From a virus (taxonomy: Duplodnaviria; Caudoviricetes): 57,841 bases of DNA. The stretch lies in the IMG/VR virus record IMGVR_UViG_3300023213_000324, positions 1 through 57,841 of that record; one strand, given 5' to 3'. Positions 28,289 through 37,809 of the stretch are shown here, piece by piece (position 1 is the stretch's first letter; each line of letters opens with the position of its first letter). The translations under genes and the position numbers were made by a program. The notes under the pieces were generated by a model. It made no database searches. It was not told the origin of the DNA and worked only from the letters and a program-made list of their open reading frames with translations.

Positions 28289-29599
28289 GTGGCAATCTAT
28301 AGCGAAGTAACTAGATGTAGATGCTGTAGTAACGCTCTGGACGAAGTGTGGGATGGTGGTGAACAGTATGTTGTTCGGTTTCCTAAACTTGAAGAGAACC
28401 GCGAGGATATGCCTAGAGTTCCACTTGTTTTGATGGTTTGTAGTGCTTGTGGTTTAGTTCAGTTGAAACATTCTGTAGATTCTGATGCAATGTTTCATAC
28501 TTTCTGGTACAGGAGTGGTACGAATGAAATGATGCGTGTTGCTTTGCGTGATGTTGTTGAGAAGTCGATGCGGTATGTTGACTTACAAGAAGGAGATATC
28601 GTTGTAGATATTGGATGCAACGATGGGACTTTGTTTCAGTACTATGGTGACAAGAAAGTTCGTAAGATAGGTTTCGATCCGGCAAAAAATATACAGAGCC
28701 CGGGTATGCAAAGAGGTGGTTGGGAATTCATTTGCGACTATTTCAATGCCGGTACCTATCGCAGCTATCTGCATAGAAACAATGTTTTTAAAAAACTAAA
28801 GCCTGAAAAGTTTAAGCCAGCAAAGTTGATTACCGCTTGTGCTATGTTTTATGATTTGGAGAATCCCAAAGAATTCTTGCGTCAGGTAGCAAACATACTT
28901 GATCCGAATGGGGTGTTTGTCGTTCAGATGAATTATCTCGGGACGATGCTTAAGAATAGATGTATAGACAATGTCAGTCATGAACACTTGTGCTACTATT
29001 CGTTGCGTTCGTTTGTGCGTTTGCTTGCTGATACGAGTCTTAGCGTCTTTGCTGCTGAGTTAAATGATGTCAATGGTGGTAGTATTAGAATCTATCTTTC
29101 GTTGAAGAGTAAAGAAGCTCGTGGCGATGGTAGCGCACATAAAATTGTTTCTGATGAAATATCCGAGTTGGATGCTCTTCTGTCATGCTTCCCCACTATG
29201 GTGAAATGCTTGACGGTTGATATACATAGAAAGTTGTACGAACTTTCTCATAAGGAAACCATCTATGCTTATGGTGCTTCCACTAGAGGAACGTCTCTGC
29301 TTCAGTTGCTTGGCGATGTGTCGTCAATGATACAGGCTGTGGCTGAGCGTGATCCATCCAAGTATGGTCGTATGATGGTTGGTAGTTGGATTCCTATTGT
29401 AAGTGAAGAAGACGCTAGGAAGAAGGCTACCGTATTTTTTGTGTTACCGTATCATTTCTTGCCCACTATCCTAAAGCGAGAAAAAGAGTGGATGAAAAAT
29501 GGAGGTAAGCTTTTTGTTCCTTTGCCTAATCCGAGATTGATTAGCTGGAGAGATGTTATGATGAATCCCACTACCGGTGAGTTGTCTGTTAGGAGCTAA
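28289..29599 (+). CDS. NDP-hexose C-methyltransferase (Zn-binding)
   Basis: CRCC...CSACGLVQL, DIGCNDGTL, HEHLCYYS, NGGSIR, YGASTRG. Confidence 0.88.
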   Translation: MAIYSEVTRCRCCSNALDEVWDGGEQYVVRFPKLEENREDMPRVPLVLMVCSACGLVQLKHSVDSDAMFHTFWYRSGTNEMMRVALRDVVEKSMRYVDLQEGDIVVDIGCNDGTLFQYYGDKKVRKIGFDPAKNIQSPGMQRGGWEFICDYFNAGTYRSYLHRNNVFKKLKPEKFKPAKLITACAMFYDLENPKEFLRQVANILDPNGVFVVQMNYLGTMLKNRCIDNVSHEHLCYYSLRSFVRLLADTSLSVFAAELNDVNGGSIRIYLSLKSKEARGDGSAHKIVSDEISELDALLSCFPTMVKCLTVDIHRKLYELSHKETIYAYGASTRGTSLLQLLGDVSSMIQAVAERDPSKYGRMMVGSWIPIVSEEDARKKATVFFVLPYHFLPTILKREKEWMKNGGKLFVPLPNPRLISWRDVMMNPTTGELSVRS

Positions 29600-29605
29600 A
29601 CTAGA

Positions 29606-30595
29606 ATGAAGACTGCATTGATAACTGGAGTTCTTGGTCAGGATGGTAGTTACTTGGCTGAGTATTTGTTGGGAAATGGGTATACTGTTTTTGGCCTGAC
29701 GAGAAGAGACCCACAGACTTCTGCCAATGTAACTAGTGAGTCATATCATCTGATGCATCAGATTGAATTTTTGTATGGTGATCTACGCGATGCTTCTTCT
29801 CTAGAGTCAGCCATCTGGAAGTCAAAGCCTGATGAGATTTACAATTTTGCCGGGCAAGTTTTCGTTCCCGTAAGTTGGTCAAGGCCTGATTTGACTTTCG
29901 ATGTAAACGTTGGTGGGCTGGCTAGAATACTGGAGATTATCTTTCGTATAAAACCAGATACAAGAGTGTATCAGGCTAGTTCGTCGGAGATGTATGGTAA
30001 TCATGGTGGTTGTGCTGATGAGTCTACTCCGTTTTCTCCGAACTCGCCTTATGGTGCTTCGAAATTATCCGCACATCTGCTTTGCGATGTGTACAGGAAA
30101 GCTGGGTTATTTGTCGCTGCTGGAATTTGTTTCAATCATGAATCCCCCCGTCGTGGTTCTGAAATGGTGACACAAAAGATTGCAAAGCATGTCGCGCGAT
30201 GGGTTCTTGGCGATAAAGATAAGATAGTACTTGGCAACATGGAAGCTCAGAGGGATTGGGGATATGCGAAAGATTATGTTGTTGCTATGTATCAGATGCT
30301 CCAGAATGACAATCCTGTTGACTATGTAATTGGTACGGGTGAGTGCCACAGCGTCGAGGAGTTTCTACAAGAAACCATTTCTGCCGCTGGCCTTTCCTTT
30401 TCTGATTTTTCTGACAAGATTATCAGTGACGAGAGGTTGTCTAGGAAAAACGACATAAAGAAGTTGAAAGCGAACCCATTACTGATTCACACGCAGCTGG
30501 GGTGGAAATCTAAGACATCTTTTAGTCAGTTGGTTAAAATTATGGTTGATTCAGAAGTGGATAGGCTTCGTAGAAAGATGTCCATTGGAAGCTGA
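29606..30595 (+). CDS. gmd: GDP-mannose 4,6-dehydratase
   Basis: ALITGVLGQDGSYLAE, QASSSEMYG, SPYGASK, FNHESPRRG, RDWGYAKDYV. Confidence 0.93.
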   Translation: MKTALITGVLGQDGSYLAEYLLGNGYTVFGLTRRDPQTSANVTSESYHLMHQIEFLYGDLRDASSLESAIWKSKPDEIYNFAGQVFVPVSWSRPDLTFDVNVGGLARILEIIFRIKPDTRVYQASSSEMYGNHGGCADESTPFSPNSPYGASKLSAHLLCDVYRKAGLFVAAGICFNHESPRRGSEMVTQKIAKHVARWVLGDKDKIVLGNMEAQRDWGYAKDYVVAMYQMLQNDNPVDYVIGTGECHSVEEFLQETISAAGLSFSDFSDKIISDERLSRKNDIKKLKANPLLIHTQLGWKSKTSFSQLVKIMVDSEVDRLRRKMSIGS

Positions 30596-30597
30596 TT

Positions 30598-31122
30598 ATG
30601 AATCTTGCTACGACAATCAAATTCGTAACTGGTGATATCCAAGCCGAATCATCTGGACAGATGGGGCCGTCCGATTCCCGTTCTTCTGATGAGTGGATTA
30701 AGAACTGGTTAGAACAGAAGGCTTTGAAGGCGAATGAGATTCGTCAACAGCTTCATAGAACGATAGATCCACACCTTCGTGAATTGCGTTCTGCTGTTCA
30801 AGAGGGAAAAGATGTTTTGGATCAAGATGTCGGGAAGATAGCAGGTAGTGGTCGTTATGTTGTGATGTCGACTGATGGTTTGATTGTTTCCAGACATGAC
30901 GACAGAGATGAAGCTGCTGATGCTGCTATGGGGAAGCGTTATGCGATGGTAGTAGATCTGGGGCCTGAGTTTGAGTATCGACAGAAGGGTCCGCTTGGAA
31001 AAAGATTACCTTTGAATAAAGTGGTTGATGCTCTTCGTAGTAGAGACTTGCAGAGGCTTGGTAATGAAACTCGCTACACTACGGGAGGCACTGGTGGTGT
31101 AGGGACAGGTAGTGGTTTGTAG
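30598..31122 (+). CDS. Hypothetical putative head protein
   Basis: MNLATTIKF...IQAE leader. Confidence 0.65.
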   Translation: MNLATTIKFVTGDIQAESSGQMGPSDSRSSDEWIKNWLEQKALKANEIRQQLHRTIDPHLRELRSAVQEGKDVLDQDVGKIAGSGRYVVMSTDGLIVSRHDDRDEAADAAMGKRYAMVVDLGPEFEYRQKGPLGKRLPLNKVVDALRSRDLQRLGNETRYTTGGTGGVGTGSGL

Positions 31123-31341
31123 TTGAGAAAGAATGAATTCTTTGAAGGGGGTACTTACATGCCGCTTTGGATACACCCGCACTTACGGACTTTGCAGGAA
31201 GATGAAGAAGCAGTAGAGATAATTCAAAAACAGAATTCTTCCGAAGTAATAACTGCCTTGACACGTGAAGCTGCTGGAGTTGCTATTAAGCCTGTTGTTT
31301 ACATAACGAGAATATTTTTGGGTTCTGTTTTTAGGCATTAA
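31123..31341 (+). CDS. Hypothetical protein
   Basis: Short ORF filling the gap. Confidence 0.4.
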   Translation: MRKNEFFEGGTYMPLWIHPHLRTLQEDEEAVEIIQKQNSSEVITALTREAAGVAIKPVVYITRIFLGSVFRH

Positions 31342-31357
31342 GAAAAGGAGTTGTTGT

Positions 31358-31582
31358 ATGTCCGAATGGGTTGATGGTCGTGTGAGAAAGATTTTTGCTG
31401 ACAGGGGATATGGATTCATAGATGCGGGGATGGGAAAAGACATCTTTTTCCATTTAAGGTTTCTCGATAGGGTCAAGCGTGAATTCATAAAGGAAGGCGT
31501 TCAAGTAAAGTTCCAGCTAGAACACAATGGTGATAGATTGAGAGCTCATCGGATTCAGTTGGTTGGTCAAGAAGGAGTCTAG
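31358..31582 (+). CDS. Cold-shock domain protein
   Basis: GRVRKIFADRGYGFI...DIFFH (RNP1/RNP2). Confidence 0.88.
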   Translation: MSEWVDGRVRKIFADRGYGFIDAGMGKDIFFHLRFLDRVKREFIKEGVQVKFQLEHNGDRLRAHRIQLVGQEGV

Positions 31583-31584
31583 CT

Positions 31585-32070
31585 ATGCTTCTTTCCTTGT
31601 TGTTGCAGGTTCATGAAGGCGAGCAGTATTACACGTTCGGATGGAAAGAGACTTTGTTTTTTCTGGTTCCTGTTGTTGTTTGGCTTTTTCTAAAGGCACT
31701 AAAGAGTGAGCCTGAGGTTCATTCTATGAAAATGTTCGTCAATCTGACAAACTCGCGAGGCGGAAACATTCTTGTCTGCTTGTTTTTGACGATTTATTTC
31801 TTTGCTGCCTCGATGAGACTCTTCTATCACGCCTTGGATCTTATTGTTAACAACAAGCTCGACCCAACGAGTGCCGTTCTGATGATGGCATTGCAGTTCG
31901 TAACAGGAACTGCTTTTGGTGGTGCATTCGGTGCTCTGTTGAAGACGATGAGTCCTGATTTAGAAACACGTACGCCTTTGCCTGGTCAGACGCCGGGTGG
32001 TTCGAAAAGTAACAACGGTACAGACACACCTCCTGAAAATAAAGCTCCTATTAGAAAGTACGGTACGTAA
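31585..32070 (+). CDS. 3-TM membrane protein (holin candidate)
   Basis: Three hydrophobic segments and a charged tail. Confidence 0.6.
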   Translation: MLLSLLLQVHEGEQYYTFGWKETLFFLVPVVVWLFLKALKSEPEVHSMKMFVNLTNSRGGNILVCLFLTIYFFAASMRLFYHALDLIVNNKLDPTSAVLMMALQFVTGTAFGGAFGALLKTMSPDLETRTPLPGQTPGGSKSNNGTDTPPENKAPIRKYGT

Positions 32071-32073
32071 AAA

Positions 32074-32370
32074 ATGAATCTACAAGATACCGTCGAGTTT
32101 GTTCATCCTGAGATGTTTGCTGATAGCTCTACTGATGTACAGGTGATACGTGAGCGTCATTCGAAAAATCGTAATTCGATGCAGTCCAAATTAAGAGCTG
32201 CCACTACTGACCCGGGTATGCGTGAGAGGTCTGAAACGAGAAGAAGTCTGAGGCAGTTGCGATATCCAACCATGAGTCCGGGACGGGGAGCTACTTTGAT
32301 GCCGACCAATTACGGACGCTCTGGTACTGGTAGAAGTCCGGGTGGAAGAATGGGTGGGTATAGTTACTGA
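32074..32370 (+). CDS. Hypothetical putative head protein
   Basis: MNLQDTVEF...MFAD leader. Confidence 0.6.
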   Translation: MNLQDTVEFVHPEMFADSSTDVQVIRERHSKNRNSMQSKLRAATTDPGMRERSETRRSLRQLRYPTMSPGRGATLMPTNYGRSGTGRSPGGRMGGYSY

Positions 32371-32371
32371 C

Positions 32372-32620
32372 ATGAATTTGATGCAGACAGTACGGTTGTT
32401 AAATTCTGGCGACTTTATGTCGCCTGGTGCTGTTGCTGTTTCCAAAGTACGAGCCGATGCCTCAGCTTCTGATATAGCTCACCATACAAAGCTGGATAAA
32501 GAATCATCGTCGACGGATATGGATCAGCTTTTGTGGAATGCAAAGAGAACTGCTGAGCATTTTGCCGGAAGGAATCTGGAAGTGTATGAGTTTCTGTCTT
32601 TGCCTAAGCCTAGTACTTGA
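32372..32620 (+). CDS. Hypothetical protein
   Basis: MNLMQTVRL leader. Confidence 0.55.
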   Translation: MNLMQTVRLLNSGDFMSPGAVAVSKVRADASASDIAHHTKLDKESSSTDMDQLLWNAKRTAEHFAGRNLEVYEFLSLPKPST

Positions 32621-32646
32621 AGAAACGGTTGAGCCACGTGCTGGCT

Positions 32647-32657
32647 TTTTGTAAAAT
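32647..32657 (+). promoter_or_regulatory. TTTTGTAAAAT promoter-like motif
   Basis: Recurrent intergenic motif; preceded by an AGCCA-N5-TGGCT hairpin. Confidence 0.5.
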
Positions 32658-32677
32658 TAGTTGGGGTACAATAGCTA

Positions 32678-32860
32678 ATGCCACACTCACTCGATGTAAA
32701 TAGATTGGAAGAAATTTTTGATGGTCTTGAAGAGAACAGTCACAAATTGTTACCGTGGGAGTTAGACCGATTACCGGAGTGGCGTACTTTGTGGGAACGT
32801 GGATTTACTTTATCGGATAAGCAATTGGAATGCCTTGAGAGGATGTGGAACAAGGTATGA
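32678..32860 (+). CDS. Hypothetical protein
   Basis: L.PWE...LSDKQLECLERMW small phage protein pattern. Confidence 0.6.
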   Translation: MPHSLDVNRLEEIFDGLEENSHKLLPWELDRLPEWRTLWERGFTLSDKQLECLERMWNKV

Positions 32861-33333
32861 ATCTCTCAAAAATTTTGTCCATGTCTCAGTCAGTCCATCC
32901 GCAAGATATGAGCCATACTCAGTTTCCGAACGATCTTGAGAACAATCCTAGACAAAGTAGTCGGACGTCTTTGCATAGGCATCCACATACGACAGTGTGT
33001 GTTGATTTTGATGGGGTGATTGCGTCTTATGATGGCTATCGTGGCAGAGGCTCAATAGGTAGAGCGAAACCGGAAGGACTAGAGCTTCTGCATAAGTTAC
33101 ATCAGATGGGTTATTACGTCGTTGTGTTAACTGCTAGACAGGAGCTTGAAATCGTCGGGAAATGGTTGGTAGATAATGGCGTCGGTTTTGCAAAACCAAC
33201 GAATACGAAACAGTCCGCTGTTGCCTATATCGATGACAGGGCAATAGAGTGGAATGATGATATATCTAGAACGGTTAGAAAGTTGAAGGATTTGGATAAA
33301 GCATACATCCGACATATTCGCCCAGGAGCCTAA
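32857..33333 (+). CDS. HAD-superfamily phosphatase-like protein
   Basis: VCVDFDGVI, VLTAR, K...YIDDRA. Confidence 0.85.
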   Translation: MNLSKILSMSQSVHPQDMSHTQFPNDLENNPRQSSRTSLHRHPHTTVCVDFDGVIASYDGYRGRGSIGRAKPEGLELLHKLHQMGYYVVVLTARQELEIVGKWLVDNGVGFAKPTNTKQSAVAYIDDRAIEWNDDISRTVRKLKDLDKAYIRHIRPGA

Positions 33334-33338
33334 ACCAG

Positions 33339-33677
33339 ATGCGATTCCCTAAGGGAGAAACACATCCGAAGTGGCGGGGTGGTTTATACGAGACGAAAGA
33401 TGGTTATGTAGTTGTAAGTGCTGGGAAGCATAGAGGAAAATATCTACATCGTTTGGTTTCTGATGGGAATTTGAAAAAGTATTGGGGTCGTGGCTTGCGG
33501 AAGAATGAAGAAGTACATCACATGGATTTCAATCGTAGTCATAACTGTCCGGGTAATCTTCTCATTATCGATGAAAGACTTCATGATGCTTTTTCCTCTA
33601 ATCATGCTTCACGTGTCAAGCGGGGTTGGTATGAGAAACCTATTCTGGAGATGGCAGCTTCTGTTGAAAAGAAATGA
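33339..33677 (+). CDS. HNH endonuclease
   Basis: YLHRLV...EEVHHMDFNRSHNCPGNL...H. Confidence 0.88.
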   Translation: MRFPKGETHPKWRGGLYETKDGYVVVSAGKHRGKYLHRLVSDGNLKKYWGRGLRKNEEVHHMDFNRSHNCPGNLLIIDERLHDAFSSNHASRVKRGWYEKPILEMAASVEKK

Positions 33678-34396
33678 ACCTGTACTCGGCAACAATGCTT
33701 TTCGCCAGTGACTATCCGATTCACCATCGGATGGTTTTTCAGGGCTTGAAGATTGCCATTGAGAATACAAAAGGTTCTGTTAGAAAAGGTGTAGACAAAC
33801 ATTTCGGCCCTTGGGAAACGAAGATGTTGTGTCCCTACGGTAGAATAACCGGAACAAAAGGAATGGACGGACAAGGAGTTGATTGCTTCATTGGTCCAAA
33901 CGAACAAGCTAAGAATGCATACGTCATCACGATTCTAAAAGTTCCGGATTTCAAAAAAGAAGATGAGCAGAAAGTAATGCTCGGGTTTGATTCTGCCAAG
34001 GCTGCAAGGAAAGCTTTCAATCAGCATTACGATATGCCCGATAAGTTCTTTGGTGGGATGGTGACTTTGTCGATGTCAGAGTTTAAGAAGAAAGTAATGA
34101 ATACTGGTAACGGTGGCCCAAAGAAGATTCAAGCCGGTGATGCTGATGGTAATCCTTCTGCTGGTGTTTCTCATATCGACCCACGTAATACTTTCCATCC
34201 GCCGTCGCTGAAGAATCCGATGAGAGTTCCAACCGATGATCCGCAAGAGACGGATGATAGGTTCATGGATGTAACGAAAAGAAACGAGTATGTAAAGCAA
34301 GGAATGAGAGAACATCTTCTGAAGAGGTCAGCTCCGGGTGGGTCTATGAATGTTTTGCCAATACGAACTACACAAGTAGGATTGCCACCGGCATGA
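33674..34396 (+). CDS. Phage inorganic pyrophosphatase-like (InPase) domain protein
   Basis: GLKIAIENTKGSVRKG...YGRITGTKGMDGQGVDCFIGP...DEQKVMLGF. Confidence 0.8.
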   Translation: MNLYSATMLFASDYPIHHRMVFQGLKIAIENTKGSVRKGVDKHFGPWETKMLCPYGRITGTKGMDGQGVDCFIGPNEQAKNAYVITILKVPDFKKEDEQKVMLGFDSAKAARKAFNQHYDMPDKFFGGMVTLSMSEFKKKVMNTGNGGPKKIQAGDADGNPSAGVSHIDPRNTFHPPSLKNPMRVPTDDPQETDDRFMDVTKRNEYVKQGMREHLLKRSAPGGSMNVLPIRTTQVGLPPA

Positions 34397-34965
34397 GTGA
34401 TTTTTTGTCATTGTCGAAGTTGACTGAAAGGTTTGCTAGAAGGGCATTCAATGCTGCATACAAGGCTGTAGATGTTGGTGATATAAAAGACCCGGGCCCT
34501 GATAAGTACAATTTCGACAGTGAAGAAGAAAAAAGAAAATTGATGGCCGAGATGGCCTTCTATGCCGAGAGTGGGCCAACATTTGATCCTGATGGTGAGT
34601 ACTTGTGTAGTTCATGTTTGTATAGAATGGTGATGGATTGGGATACTCTCAACGCCTGCTATATTGTGTCTGGCGAAACGAAGATGGATGTTGGGACTTG
34701 TATGTTTTACAGGAGAGGAACTCCCGACTCAGAATCCAATCCCTTGCCAATGGGTATAAAATACTCGCAAGCTGAAGCGGGGTATTCCGAAAGGCCGAAA
34801 GCGAAAGGGTTTGGTTGTTATCCCAGATGTGGTCATGCTTCTGTTGCTGAAGGCCAGGATAAAGATGGACGACCTACATGGTGTGGTCAGTTTGGTGTTC
34901 ACGTACAGCCAAAAGCTTGTTGTTACTTTGAAGGTGGTTCTGATTTGGTGACTTTCGATAAGTAG
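34393..34965 (+). CDS. Cys-rich hypothetical protein
   Basis: CSSC...C.IVSG...C..Y duplicated HiPIP-like pattern. Confidence 0.6.
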   Translation: MSDFLSLSKLTERFARRAFNAAYKAVDVGDIKDPGPDKYNFDSEEEKRKLMAEMAFYAESGPTFDPDGEYLCSSCLYRMVMDWDTLNACYIVSGETKMDVGTCMFYRRGTPDSESNPLPMGIKYSQAEAGYSERPKAKGFGCYPRCGHASVAEGQDKDGRPTWCGQFGVHVQPKACCYFEGGSDLVTFDK

Positions 34966-34969
34966 TGGT

Positions 34970-34980
34970 TTTTGTAAAAT
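34970..34980 (+). promoter_or_regulatory. TTTTGTAAAAT promoter-like motif, 5 nt before ATG (possible leaderless mRNA)
   Basis: Recurrent intergenic motif. Confidence 0.55.
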
Positions 34981-34985
34981 AAGTT

Positions 34986-35360
34986 ATGAGATTCAGACAT
35001 TTGATTACGTCAAGGTTGTTGTTGGGGATTGTTGACTTGTTGGGTCATTGCTGTATTGCTTACATCATTGGTGGCCACTACTGGTTCCAGTTCCTGCCTG
35101 ATATTTTCCTGCCTTATCTTCTGGCTGTTAGTTTGATAACGAATAAGTTCATCGATGAGCATAACGCTGTTTTGTTTTGCCACAGATTTATGCATACCAT
35201 CGTTCCAGCCTTGACAGTTTTTGCTTCCGCTTGTGTTCTTGAAAAGAAGATGTTGTTTATTCTTTCAGCTCAGCTTGTAACGCATGTGTTTTGGGATAAG
35301 TTGACACATCCTGAACCTGAATTCAAAAAAGATCTATTGTGGCCAGAGGTAATACAGTGA
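34986..35360 (+). CDS. Membrane protein, metal-dependent hydrolase-like
   Basis: H, LPD, HRFMHT, HVFWDKLTH motifs. Confidence 0.6.
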   Translation: MRFRHLITSRLLLGIVDLLGHCCIAYIIGGHYWFQFLPDIFLPYLLAVSLITNKFIDEHNAVLFCHRFMHTIVPALTVFASACVLEKKMLFILSAQLVTHVFWDKLTHPEPEFKKDLLWPEVIQ

Positions 35361-36217
35361 GAGATGCTATTGTGTTTTTTAGTGGAGGTATGGATAGCTG
35401 GATTCATTTGTTGTGGGCTAGAAGAGAGTTCGATACTATGATGGCTTTGTATGTCGATTTTGGTCATAAGTACGCTGAGAATGAACTCCGTCATGCAGAG
35501 AATTTGTGTGACTATCTAGGCGTCTATTTGAAAGTTGTCAAGCTGCCTTTTGGTGAGTTTGAGCAGGCCGATTCTTTCCTCCCACTCCGTAATCTCTTCC
35601 TACTCCAGATCGGTTCTTATTTTTCTGACAATCTTGTTTTTGGGATGTTGTATCATGAAGGGCCGCCCGATAAGCGTTCGGGTTTTGTGACTAAGATGGA
35701 AAAGTTGTTGAATGCTCAGTATAATGATAAGAAGTATTTTGAGAAAGAAAGAAAGATACGAATTTGGACGCCATTCGCTACGAAGACAAAGACGGAGATG
35801 GTGTCGTGGTATTTTAAGACTATGACTGATGATTATGGGTTCACGCCAGATTTTGTTAGTCAGCTTATGAAAACAATAGGATGCTATGATCCTGTTGGTA
35901 GTTGTGGTAGATGTATAAGTTGCTTCAATCGGTGGGTAGCCCTTACAAACAATGGATTGGAAGAAGAGTATTCTTATTATCCACCGTTGTGGGCTGCTGA
36001 ACAGTTTTTGGTTGGGAAAAAGAAAAGACAGAGTCTGGTTAGTCCACTTGCCGTTCTTTACAAGTGGAAGTACGTGAAAGAGATTTATACTGCCATGAAA
36101 AAAGTGCTTTGTAGAAATCCATTTTTTGTGGCTGTTGAGCTTTGGCGCAGCAAAGATATTCAGGCTTTCAAAGATGCGTGTATTTATCCAAATCGTGTTC
36201 GAAGAGTATCTACATGA
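35357..36217 (+). CDS. queC: 7-cyano-7-deazaguanine synthase-like protein
   Basis: FSGGMDS PP-loop, LPLRNL, CY...CGRCISC. Confidence 0.8.
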   Translation: MRDAIVFFSGGMDSWIHLLWARREFDTMMALYVDFGHKYAENELRHAENLCDYLGVYLKVVKLPFGEFEQADSFLPLRNLFLLQIGSYFSDNLVFGMLYHEGPPDKRSGFVTKMEKLLNAQYNDKKYFEKERKIRIWTPFATKTKTEMVSWYFKTMTDDYGFTPDFVSQLMKTIGCYDPVGSCGRCISCFNRWVALTNNGLEEEYSYYPPLWAAEQFLVGKKKRQSLVSPLAVLYKWKYVKEIYTAMKKVLCRNPFFVAVELWRSKDIQAFKDACIYPNRVRRVST

Positions 36218-36915
36218 CACACCCACAGACGGACATCGTCATACCTGTGCATGGTCGAAGAGATTTGCTAGAACCTCTTGTCGAAGGGATTTTTAAGCAT
36301 ACGCAGAATTTTAGATTAATTCTCGTCGATGATATGTCTGATGTAGAGACAACGGCTTACATGCTTGGTATACTACAGAGGCAGTCGATTGCTTTGTACG
36401 TTAGAACGGGCCAACAGAAGTGGTTTACTAGAGCTAGTAATTTGGGGTTGAGGTTGGTACGGACGCAAAAAACCGTACTTCTGAATTCTGATTGTGTCGT
36501 TGATGTTGGCTGGTTACAAGAGTTGTATGATGTTTGGGATGATGGAATTGCTAAAGGGTTACGGGTCGGTCTTGTCGGGTCGGTCTTGTCAGGTGAAGAG
36601 TTGCGTCGTTGGGCTGAATACAATGAGCCTGGATATGTTACAGGTCATTGTATACTGCTTGACATGGCTATCATTTCAGAAGTAGCCAATAGAAGGGGTA
36701 CGCCTGGATGGTATCTCGATGAAACGAGGCACGATATGTTGCATATCAATTCCGACAGGTTTCTGTCGTATGACATTAACCGGATGGGGTATGCTACGAT
36801 TGCAGCATTCAAATCTGCGGTTGGTCATTACGGAGGACAGTCGTGGGGTTATAACTTAGGACGACTAGCTTCTGTTAAAATTGGTGATGCCGAGAAAGGA
36901 GAAATTTCTGGTTAG
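36214..36915 (+). CDS. GT2 glycosyltransferase
   Basis: DIVIPVH, LILVDDMS, FTRASNLG, LLNSD. Confidence 0.88.
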   Translation: MTHPQTDIVIPVHGRRDLLEPLVEGIFKHTQNFRLILVDDMSDVETTAYMLGILQRQSIALYVRTGQQKWFTRASNLGLRLVRTQKTVLLNSDCVVDVGWLQELYDVWDDGIAKGLRVGLVGSVLSGEELRRWAEYNEPGYVTGHCILLDMAIISEVANRRGTPGWYLDETRHDMLHINSDRFLSYDINRMGYATIAAFKSAVGHYGGQSWGYNLGRLASVKIGDAEKGEISG

Positions 36916-37056
36916 TCGTTATGTATGTTAGTATCGTAATACATGAATGAATTTGTTAAGTGGGAGTGTATCGCGTGGCTCGAATGAATTGACTGGTAGG
37001 ATAGTTTCGAAGTCTGTGAATGACTTAGTTTAGACGAGAGTGTACCGAAGGTCGCG
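36910..37056 (+). ncRNA. TIGR-like dual-repeat guide array 2 (~4 units)
   Basis: gtatcg-taatacatg-aatgaatttg-ttaagtggg-agtgtatcg-cgtggctcg-aatgaattg-actggtagg-atagtttcg-aagtctgtg-aatgactta-gtttagacg-agagtgtaccg-aaggtcgcg. Confidence 0.8.
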
Positions 37057-37065
37057 AGGGTTACA

Positions 37066-37785
37066 ATGGTTGAAAAAAAATCAAATGCTTTGTGGCCACA
37101 GATAATCAGATCTTTCTGTCTGGTTGCTTTTACTGCTGCTGCTGTCTCGTTGCTTCTCGAAGCACGTCTTGTTCTGAAAGACAGTCGTATTTCCATTCAA
37201 ACGACTTTTTCCGGTATCAATACTGCTATGACGAATTTCAATGACGCTGCGATTGCCACAAAAGAAAGGTCTGATGCTGAGCTTAGGGAGGTTCAAAAGA
37301 CGACTGTTGATTTGAAACATTTGATCGGTGCGACTGATTTGAATCTGAATGGGAGGCCGGGACATCCGGGTATGTTGCCTCGTTTGAATTACAGCGTCAA
37401 CGATGTTTTGGTTCCACAGGTAGCTACGAATTTGAAAGATTTGGATAAGCTTGAATTACAAGTCGCACAGAAATTTGTCCAAACCATGGACGAGCTGCAA
37501 CCTACTCTGAAGAATCTGGCTGATGGTAGTGCTTCTTTTGCCCAGATTGCTGGAGATGAGCACATCCGTGAACTGATTATAAACGCTGCTGTGATGAGTG
37601 GTGATGCAGAGAAAGCAGTAAAGGATTTGGAAGGAGTAACGGCTAATCTTGACACGGCCTCGCAGCTGCTATTACAAAGACTACGTGATGCCTTGAAGCC
37701 TGTACCATTTATACGGGCGATTGCCGAAAAGCTTCTTGGGGTGACGTCTCAGGCTGTCCAGATTTACTACGGCACCCACAAGTAG
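37066..37785 (+). CDS. Membrane-anchored coiled-coil protein
   Basis: N-terminal TM and long helical region. Confidence 0.65.
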   Translation: MVEKKSNALWPQIIRSFCLVAFTAAAVSLLLEARLVLKDSRISIQTTFSGINTAMTNFNDAAIATKERSDAELREVQKTTVDLKHLIGATDLNLNGRPGHPGMLPRLNYSVNDVLVPQVATNLKDLDKLELQVAQKFVQTMDELQPTLKNLADGSASFAQIAGDEHIRELIINAAVMSGDAEKAVKDLEGVTANLDTASQLLLQRLRDALKPVPFIRAIAEKLLGVTSQAVQIYYGTHK

Positions 37786-37809
37786 AAAAAGAAAAACGAG
37801 GAGAATAGA

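Noticed and set aside
32631-32650. Partial match to the array-2 guide cgtggctcg/actggtagg
   Set aside because: Needs a gap, and the site is more simply a small terminator-like hairpin (AGCCA/TGGCT + T run)
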